Positions 58,501-64,000 of a stretch of DNA of 64,000 bases are shown here, piece after piece. The DNA comes from Macrostomum lignano. Its lineage: Eukaryota. Each line of letters starts with the position of its first letter. Within the stretch, counting starts at the first letter, position 1. The stretch covers positions 1 to 64,000 of the forward strand of contig NIVC01000074.1 of the NCBI GenBank assembly GCA_002269645.1, given 5' to 3'. Both the position numbers and the translations under genes were made by a program. The notes beneath the pieces were generated by a model. That model did no database searches. It saw only the letters and a list, made by a program, of their open reading frames with translations, and was not told the DNA's origin.

Positions 58501-61500
58501 TTATTTAAAGGCCCGCTGGTTTACGTGAATACTAGTGATGCTTGTCTTCAAAAAAGCATTCTATTCGACTGTGTTTAAAGAAACCTGCACTAGCTTTGTG
58601 GCACAGCAGCTCCAAAATAGGTGCATGTATCATTTTTAGGCTATAAAACCCGTTAAATCAACCTATTTAAAGTACTTCATGTCATTACGAGTACATGTAA
58701 CCTTGCAAGTTGTTTTACAAAACTCGCTTTGGTTTCGTGCTACTACGAGTAATTTAACAACGCTTGCAAAAATTACCGTTCTAAGGTTTCTGAAAAATTC
58801 CATGACACGAAGTTTAACCACGAAACAATGGTACAACGGTGGTAACTTCTAGTGGGCCTTGGATATAACTTGACATGAAAAAGTTACACTTCATTTCGAT
58901 GCTTCGAATTTACCTAGGTCAACTCGCTTAACTGTCCCCGGGCGAGCATGCCGGAGTATCTTCAGGATTGTTCAAACCAATGTGTTCACTGGCTGTACTC
59001 CAAGTGGGGCCGTTGCTCCACCACCTGCGGGTCTTTAGGCAGCCAAGCCAGATTGTACCTGTGCGCCAACGCTAGCAACCATCTAATAGACAGTAGCTAC
59101 TGCATGAAGTGGATCGGCCCGCCAACAGACACCGTCAGACCATGTTTTGTCGACTTACCAGCTTTGCCGGATTGTCCAGATTCGAGACCACCTGCGAGAC
59201 GCTTTGACTGGCGAGTGACGGAATGGTCTAAGGTAGGAGAGCAAGGCAATTCAATACACGAGAGTCAGGGAGAGCAGTATTTTGTTAGATCTTTATTTAT
59301 GGTTTGCAACTTAATAGTTGAGAAACAAGGCAATTCAAAGACATTTCAGAACATCGAAATTTGACTCTTCAAAGGTCGTACTCAGCAAAATAGCTAAATG
59401 TAACTACAATCACCCGACCGTTCGCCCCAAAACCCCGCAGTGTTCACAATCGTGCGGTCCCCACGGTAGGCGTCACAGACGCGTTGACTGTCTCATTATG
59501 GATGGCAGCAACGAGACCGCCAATGAAACCGAGTGCTCCCGACTGACGCCAAAGCCCAAATCAGCAGAGCCGTGCAACACGCAGATTAATTGTCCCTATT
59601 GGGTAATTCGTCCGTGGAGCGAAGTAAGCGCAACATGAGTTAATTTTTCTCATTGTTATCTTCATTCCTCTCATTGTAACCACATTTTTGAGCGAGTATT
59701 TACAAATTAGAGACAACGGCAGCCAGCCTCTGTCGAGTTGAAGAATAGAATTCACTTGCACTTTTCTGTCAGTGCAGCGTCTCCTGCGATCGTCATGAGC
59801 GAAACCAGCCTCGGCAGTTGATCTGCGTTTGGCGAGTGACACCTTTAGCCTATGTACTGCCGCCAAAGAGTTACTGCTCAACAAGAGATGCAGTGCCCAA
59901 GCGGCCAAACCAGAGAGCTACCAGTTGTGCTCATTGGAGAGCAGGTCACTGGAGCGAGGTTAGGTTTCTCCACTATTAACAACAATAAGACAAGTAAAAA
60001 CGGTGCTGGTTTATGACAATGAGATTACTTATTTGGCAGAGTTCGGCGCGAATGTATTGGTTATGCCCGCTTAAATCGGCTATTCGATACAACTATACTG
60101 ACTCATCCAGCAGTACTGGGCATGTTCGAAACTTTTGAGACAATACTTTCGTTCAGTTACGATTTTTGTTGAAAATCAATCTGTACTAAGCCCGTTAAAA
60201 CTCGTACTCGCTATGAATTTTTCATTCGGATTTTGTCCAGTAATCGGTATCTAGCTCGTATTTCGCTTTGCTTCGATGGGCAGCGGGAAATGCTGGCTTA
60301 ATGTGTTTCGTTCACTACAAGTTAATGAGGCACGCTTGCATGCCTGTCACAGAGACTTTTTATCACCGAATAAACAAAAATCCAGAAACCTAATCCCCTA
60401 AATCTGATTTGCAGTGCCTCGCAGAATGCGACGAAGGTATTCAACTCCGTTCGGTGCGCTGCCACCAAAACGGTAGCGTCGTTGACGAGCATCGGTGCGA
60501 CCAGAGCGCCAGACCGATCGAGTTGCGACCTTGCAACAGCTCGACTCCCTGTCCAGGAAAATGGGTAGCCGGTCAGTGGAGTGAGGTAGGCGTCGTCAAG
60601 TGAATTTACATGCATGGCGCCAGTTTTTTTCGTATGGGGTTGTAGCCTAGTGGTTAGAGCGTCGGACGCACGCTTCAGGTCACCCAGCTGTAAAATGGGT
60701 GCCAGAATTAGCTGTGGTAGTTGAGGGTGTGTGGCGACCCCCCAGTCCTTGGACTGAACAGCCGTCCGCAGCCTTCAGATGCGCCGCGCAATAGCTGCGG
60801 CTGATCTGTCGGTTGCGCATCTGCCCATTAGGCCAGGTGTAATCAATTATTATTAATGCTTTTTGTTACCTACAATAAAGTTTATATTTTACACAAATTT
60901 GTCAGTCGTTTCATATATAAAATGAATCCACACAGATCATACGAGTAAAACGATCTGACTCGCTTTATTAGAAATATTCGATACTAAGGGCTAGATTAAC
61001 TCTACAAAGGTAACTCTTAGGCCAAGGTAACTCTACTCTAAAACTGACATTATACCCCAGTGCTCCCGGAGCTGCGGCAGGCACCAGGGAGTCCGATTAC
61101 GCAGAGTCACGTGCCAGAGCTTGTCCGGCCGGCCAGCGCCAGATGCCGCATGTTCTCACGAGCAGAGACCAGCTAATCTGATGGAGTGCACTCAGCTGCC
61201 CTGTCCAACATGGGTTCCTACTGAATGGTCGAGTGTGAGTTTTTTATTGCTAGTACAGTTTCTAATTGCATTAGCATTAGCATTAGCATTGATTTTGCAA
61301 AAGCGTCTGCTAGGGATTTCCTTCCAAGCTGTCGAAGGATAAAAAGGACACTGCAGGATAAGAAGGACACTGCAGGATAAGAAGGACACAGCAGGATAAG
61401 AAGGACACTGCAGGATAAGAAGGACACTGCAGGATAAGAAGGACACAGCAGGATAAGAAGGACACTGCAGGATAAGAAGGACACTGCAGGATAAGAAGGA

Positions 61501-63954
61501 CACTGCAGGATAAGAAGGACACTGCAGGATAAGAAGGACACTGCAGGATAAGAAGGACACAGCAGGATAAGGACACAGCAGGATAAGAAGGACACTGCAG
61601 GATAAGAAGGACACTGCAGGATAAGAAGGACACAGCAGGATAAGAAGGACACTGCAGGATAAGAAGGACACTGCAGGATAAGAAGGACACTGCAGGATAA
61701 GAAGGACACTGCAGGATAAGAAGGACACTGCAGGATAAGAAGGACACAGCAGGATAAGGACACTGCAGGATAAGAAGGACACTGCAGGCCTTCATACAAA
61801 GTTAGAAAATTTTTGCGGTGCTGCAACTGGTTGTTTTGTACTCTCGGATAAAACTAATAAGAAAGTAGCTCTAAAGAACATTTTTAACAATTCAAAATTA
61901 TTTGCAGTGCGTCGGCGTCTGCAGTACCGGTGTTCGAACTCGCGATCTGCACTGTCGATGGAGCAACGGTTCATTAGCTGCGAACGCCACTCTGTGCTCA
62001 GAGACTCAACCGCCTGTCGTGAAGGAGTCCTGCAAGCTGGACGGTCCCAGCTGCCGCTGGCGCATTGGTCCGTGGTCCAACTGTCGGCTGCCAGCCTCGG
62101 CAATCTGCAGCGGCGACCGACGCGGCCACCGACATCGCTCAGTTGAGTGCCGTCTCGGAGCCGATGGACCCGTCCTGCCTGATGCACTCTGCATTCAGCA
62201 GCAACGATTAGTCAGGCCGAGAAATCGACGTCGTTGTCGATCTTCGATTGCTGATTTGACTTTAGGTAAAAATAACAACACAGTTGCCTGCGGCAGACCG
62301 AGGAAGCGACACGTCGGAGGCCACGTCGGAACAATCAGCGGCTTTGTCATCACATCGTCCGATCTGCGCCCAGCCTGGCGCGTCGGTCCTTGGTCCGCCT
62401 GTTCGGCGAGTTGCGGCCGCGGCTACCAAATCCGTCGCCTGACGCCGTGCAACTCGACAGAGGCCAATACGCCGAGTGACTGTCGACAAAGTCGCCGACG
62501 CCGCGCGAACGACGACGTTGCTTCCTTGCCTTCTGTCCGCATGCCTGGACGGTGGATCCGTGGAGCAGCTGCTCAACCAGCTGCGGTCGCGGCTGGATCA
62601 GCCGGCAAGTCAGCTGTCAGCGCATCAGCCCGGAGGGCTGGCGCGACGGGCCCGCAGTGGACGCTGCCACCGCCTGCGACCAAAAACTACGGCCGGAGTC
62701 GCGAATGGCCTGCAACCTTGGCGAATGTCGCGACGCTACGGACAGCCGTCGCAGTGTCGGCGGCTCTCCCTTCTGGGAGGTCGGAGACTACGGCGAGTGT
62801 CGCTACGGCAGCGGCGGCTGTGGAGAGGGCGAGCGTCAAAGATCGGTTCGGTGCCGTCAGCAGCCGGGCCACTGGCCTGACGCAATGAGCAGCGTCGAAG
62901 CTGGATGCAGACGCGACGAAATGCCGCCAGACAGGGACGCTTGCGCGCCGAGACGGTGCCGCGCTCGCACCTGCGCGGAACTGAAAAGCTCGACTCGGGT
63001 GAAACTGGACGGCCAATACCGGCTGAGCATTGACGGGCGGGATGTTCGGGTAAAATATTCGGTTTTTCATTTGAAATTTTACCGACAAATAGATCAAACC
63101 AATGTAGATAAATGACGCAAGGTAAAGATTTCACCACCGGCTTGCTGGTAAGAAAAAACAAAGTTGAAAAATGGTCCAAAAATTTCCTAAAAAGCTTTAG
63201 AATTCAGTACAGACATTTATTTTGTTAGTGACTAATGTGCTTAGCACAGCTTGTGGGCAGAGCAGCTCAGCGCGTCTGACTCTCGAGCCACGGCCCAGCT
63301 GGTTCTATTCCATACACGGACTCATTCATTTGGGGTTTGTGTGTGCACGAAAATTGCCCAGGTGGGTTGTCGTGCGATTCACAGCCATGAGGGCCAGCCC
63401 TAAAGGCTCAGAAAGTGTACATACCTGACGATTAGAAAGTCAGGGCCGATGTACACCCTGTGTGAGCGTGTGTGTGAGTGCGAGCCTGCGTACAGTATTG
63501 GTGCACTTGCGTGTGCTCAGGAGTCAGCGGAACGGGCAGAATCGCCGTCAGCACTGGTTGTGGGACGATGTCGCCGAAGGCGTTGCGCCACGGTGGCCGC
63601 GCAGACCTCCATCAATCAGGTTCCGCCTCTCCATGCTTCTCGCCGCGGCGCAGGTGTACTGCTTCGGCATGGAGAGTCGAAAACCACGCGAATTCATCAG
63701 CCTGCCAGCAGCCAGCGCCGCCTTCGACCGCTCAGCCGGATTGAACTACGCCGTGATGCACAACATCGGCCTGACCGACCCGGCACCATCGGCGTGTCCA
63801 CCGGCGGCAGCGGTGGCAGGCTTCAGTCGCGCCGTCTGCTCCCAGCCTGGCGCCCTGTGTCGGGTAACGCCAGACCGACCTGGCGCCTTCGTCAGCGGAA
63901 TGGCCGCGTTTAAAAAATACCGGCTGCTACTGTCGCCCAGGCTGGCACTTGATG
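36972..63954 (+). CDS. ADAMTS9/gon-1: ADAMTS metalloprotease with many TSP1 repeats and a C-terminal GON domain (ADAMTS9/20, gon-1 type); whole spliced gene, continues beyond the window
   Basis: 24 exons with consistent phases (listed separately). Signal peptide, prodomain with Cys switch (KRCVT), furin site RSRR|SV, EILFVVD, zinc motif HELGHTFNMYHD, Met-turn VMDS, disintegrin-like region, central TSR (DGGWSQWSEW..CGGG), Cys-rich and spacer regions, many W..xW..C TSRs, GON start (VYCFGM..PREFISL). Confidence 0.9.
37140..37490 (+). mobile_element. 5'-truncated SINE family 2 copy, in ADAMTS intron 1
   Basis: TTGTCGTGCGATT, GGGCCGCTGCACACCCTGTGTGAGCGTGTG and CTCAGGAGTCAGCGGAATGGGCA shared with the 63252 copy. 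Confidence 0.6.
37511..37566. repeat. (TA)n microsatellite
   Basis: ~25 TA dinucleotides with one interruption. Confidence 0.95.
39090..39560. repeat. 34-bp array TGCCATTGTTTATCATCTATGGCCTGTGCATCAC (ADAMTS intron 1)
   Basis: ~13 units. Confidence 0.94.
39665..39975 (+). CDS. ADAMTS9/gon-1: ADAMTS exon 2 (prodomain)
   Basis: atcacag / gtgagg; LCQFFGDVIGD...FASLNLCRG. Confidence 0.78.
40128..40398 (+). CDS. ADAMTS9/gon-1: ADAMTS exon 3 (prodomain, Cys switch)
   Basis: ttctcag / gtgagt; LGLIDTGRRKFLVEPW...KRCVT. Confidence 0.82.
40975..41500 (+). repeat. 24-29-bp array GAGACACCCAAATTTGGCGCCATT (ADAMTS intron 3)
   Basis: ~19 units. Confidence 0.93.
42215..42935 (-). repeat. 23-bp array GAGAAGCGCCGAATTGGGTGTCA (ADAMTS intron 3), inverted relative of the 40975 array
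   Basis: ~30 units. Confidence 0.95.
43096..43492. mobile_element. hAT (Charlie-like) non-autonomous element with a CT-rich interior
   Basis: Ends CAGAGGTAGGCTAAC ... AAAAAGTTCGCCGACCCCTG, internal GCGGCCCGC/TGGCCCGC; perfect 8-bp TSD TAGTAATT (43088-95 / 43493-500). Confidence 0.8.
43695..47255. repeat. 59-bp satellite-like array (GAGACCCTGTCAGCATCGTCCTGCCACCCCTGGATTCCCTCGAACTCCCTACACACACA) with higher-order structure
   Basis: ~60 units; identical blocks recur at offsets of 297 and 473 bp. Confidence 0.97.
47650..48155. repeat. 20-bp array CCCTGTCTCTTGGTTGTCGT with a 201-bp higher-order repeat
   Basis: ~25 units. Confidence 0.95.
48770..49365. repeat. Second, more diverged block of the 59-bp family
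   Basis: CAGACCCTGTCAGCATCGACCTGCGACCCCTGGATTCCC units. Confidence 0.93.
50433..50623 (+). CDS. ADAMTS9/gon-1: ADAMTS exon 4 (furin site, start of catalytic domain)
   Basis: cccacag / gtgagt; RRSRRSV..RFVEILFVVD. Confidence 0.88.
50685..51135. repeat. 24-bp array CACTCTGTCACTCTCTTTCTCCTC (ADAMTS intron 4)
   Basis: ~18 units. Confidence 0.95.
51333..51419 (+). CDS. ADAMTS9/gon-1: ADAMTS exon 5
   Basis: ctcag / gttgga; AQGVFRDPQLEESIEL. Confidence 0.85.
51512..51645 (+). CDS. ADAMTS9/gon-1: ADAMTS exon 6
   Basis: ctcag / gtgagt; LDSFNAW...WDISVLLTR. Confidence 0.87.
52047..52105 (+). CDS. ADAMTS9/gon-1: ADAMTS exon 7
   Basis: tttcag / gtgagt; phase 2 to phase 1; ...KDPVLG. Confidence 0.82.
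52176..52281 (+). CDS. ADAMTS9/gon-1: ADAMTS exon 8 (HELGH)
   Basis: ttttag / gtgaga; GFSLAHELGH. Confidence 0.92.
52375..53450. repeat. 22-bp array CAGCGCCACAATAAACTAATTT (ADAMTS intron 8)
   Basis: ~48 units. Confidence 0.96.
53568..53723 (+). CDS. ADAMTS9/gon-1: ADAMTS exon 9 (third Zn ligand, Met-turn)
   Basis: ctgcag / gtaagt; FNMYHD...VMDS...WTWSTCS. Confidence 0.92.
53845..54300. repeat. ~29-bp array CAATGGGGAGTTGCTGAGATGCCATGACT (ADAMTS intron 9)
   Basis: ~15 units. Confidence 0.95.
54346..54502 (+). CDS. ADAMTS9/gon-1: ADAMTS exon 10
   Basis: ccgcag / gttggt; FTVNEQCRLLFG. Confidence 0.88.
54540..55160. repeat. ~40-bp array GCCATAGACATAACTAATCCTGTAAGCTCCGGAGAGAGTTT (ADAMTS intron 10)
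   Basis: ~15 units with higher-order repetition. Confidence 0.94.
55334..55447 (+). CDS. ADAMTS9/gon-1: ADAMTS exon 11 (disintegrin-like)
   Basis: ttgcag / gtaatt; CGTLWC...WAPGTPCG. Confidence 0.9.
55527..55666 (+). CDS. ADAMTS9/gon-1: ADAMTS exon 12 (central TSR)
   Basis: ttgcag / gtaaac; DGGWSQWSEW...CDNP. Confidence 0.92.
55781..56034 (+). CDS. ADAMTS9/gon-1: ADAMTS exon 13
   Basis: tgcccag / gtgagt; PRRGGSFCRG...RDAQCAQF. Confidence 0.88.
56135..56307 (+). CDS. ADAMTS9/gon-1: ADAMTS exon 14 (Cys-rich)
   Basis: atgcag / gtagga; VRDGSPC...VCIGGVCQ. Confidence 0.88.
56355..56690 (-). mobile_element. tRNA-derived SINE, family 1 (copy C, more diverged, 3' eroded), in ADAMTS intron 14
   Basis: Reverse complement reads GGGGCGTAGCTTAGTGGTCTAGCG...GGCTCGATTCCAAGTGCAGTCACATTAATTTG. 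Confidence 0.78.
56741..56861 (+). CDS. ADAMTS9/gon-1: ADAMTS exon 15
   Basis: cgtcag / gtagaa; AGCDGVLNS..WDACGVCGG. Confidence 0.9.
56944..57030 (+). CDS. ADAMTS9/gon-1: ADAMTS exon 16 (spacer)
   Basis: tttttag / gtaaga; phase 1 to phase 1. Confidence 0.75.
57115..58325 (+). CDS. ADAMTS9/gon-1: ADAMTS exon 17 (spacer + TSRs)
   Basis: ttttaag / gtacga; bulk of ORF 57159..58508. Confidence 0.88.
58918..59232 (+). CDS. ADAMTS9/gon-1: ADAMTS exon 18 (TSR)
   Basis: cctag / gtagga. Confidence 0.88.
59441..59623 (+). CDS. ADAMTS9/gon-1: ADAMTS exon 19 (TSR)
   Basis: ccgcag / gtaagc; CSQSCG...WVIRPWSE. Confidence 0.9.
59773..59958 (+). CDS. ADAMTS9/gon-1: ADAMTS exon 20 (TSR)
   Basis: ctgtcag / gttagg; CSVSCD...WRAGHWSE. 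Confidence 0.88.
60415..60585 (+). CDS. ADAMTS9/gon-1: ADAMTS exon 21 (TSR)
   Basis: ttgcag / gtaggc; CLAECDEGIQLRSVRC. Confidence 0.9.
60635..60856 (+). mobile_element. CORE-like SINE remnant, in ADAMTS intron 21
   Basis: tRNA-like A-box GTAGCCTAGTGGTTAGAGCG, CCCAGCTGTAAAATGGG (resembles the MIR/CORE CTGTAAAATGGG motif), (ATT)n tail; B-box missing. Confidence 0.5.
61061..61234 (+). CDS. ADAMTS9/gon-1: ADAMTS exon 22 (TSR)
   Basis: ccccag / gtgagt; CSRSCG...WVPTEWSS. Confidence 0.9.
61340..61790. repeat. 19-bp array CTGCAGGATAAGAAGGACA (ADAMTS intron 22)
   Basis: ~23 units. Confidence 0.95.
61908..63049 (+). CDS. ADAMTS9/gon-1: ADAMTS exon 23 (TSRs + start of GON domain); contains an apparent -1 frameshift near 62499
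   Basis: ttgcag / gtaaaa; 1142 nt, one short of a multiple of 3; TSR motifs switch from ORF 61902..62888 to ORF 62552..63115. Confidence 0.85.
63252..63615 (+). mobile_element. SINE family 2 (different tRNA-like head, core and tail shared with family 1), in ADAMTS intron 23
   Basis: Degenerate B-box GGTTCTATTCC; GGGCCGATGTACACCCTGTGTGAGCGTGTG and CTCAGGAGTCAGCGGAACGGGCA blocks shared with family 1. Confidence 0.62.
63654..63954 (+). CDS. ADAMTS9/gon-1: ADAMTS exon 24 (GON domain)
   Basis: gcgcag / gtaatc; VYCFGMESRKPREFISL..NYA..AFKKYRL. Confidence 0.85.
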
Positions 63955-64000
63955 GTAATCTCTTTACTGTATTAAAGCCTAATCTATTAGCTGTTTGACC

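Overview
Eukaryotic (animal) genomic DNA with spliceosomal GT-AG introns. GC-rich, low-complexity-prone exons, short AT-rich introns and minisatellite-stuffed long introns suggest a free-living flatworm such as Macrostomum; that is inference, not verified. I reconstructed four spliced genes by hand with consistent intron phases. (1) IFT122 (+, 15 exons, 2999-14154, ~1205 aa). (2) An uncharacterised Q/S/R/A-rich protein with a helical C-terminal region (-, 21552-17263, ~739 aa). (3) A PPM1A/B-type PP2C phosphatase (-, 5 coding exons, 30677-25283, ~387 aa). (4) A long GON-domain ADAMTS of the ADAMTS9/20/gon-1 type (+, at least 24 exons from 36972, running off the window, with one -1 frameshift near 62499). 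The most striking non-coding structure is about 30 distinct tandem arrays (units 11-59 bp), mostly one private array per long intron. The arrays reuse a few seed motifs, form inverted (fold-back) pairs in two places (one pair brackets IFT122 exon 7), and in three cases carry YAG|GT splice-junction motifs in every unit. Mobile DNA includes tRNA-headed SINEs of two families sharing a central core, a CORE-like SINE, two adjacent hAT-type MITEs, a Charlie-like hAT relic and a Merlin deletion derivative; the last four all have 8-bp TSDs. The MITE pair and two sharply bounded CpG-poor domains show strong CpG->TpG/CpA decay, which points to regional germline cytosine methylation. No CRISPR array, rRNA or intact tRNA gene was found.
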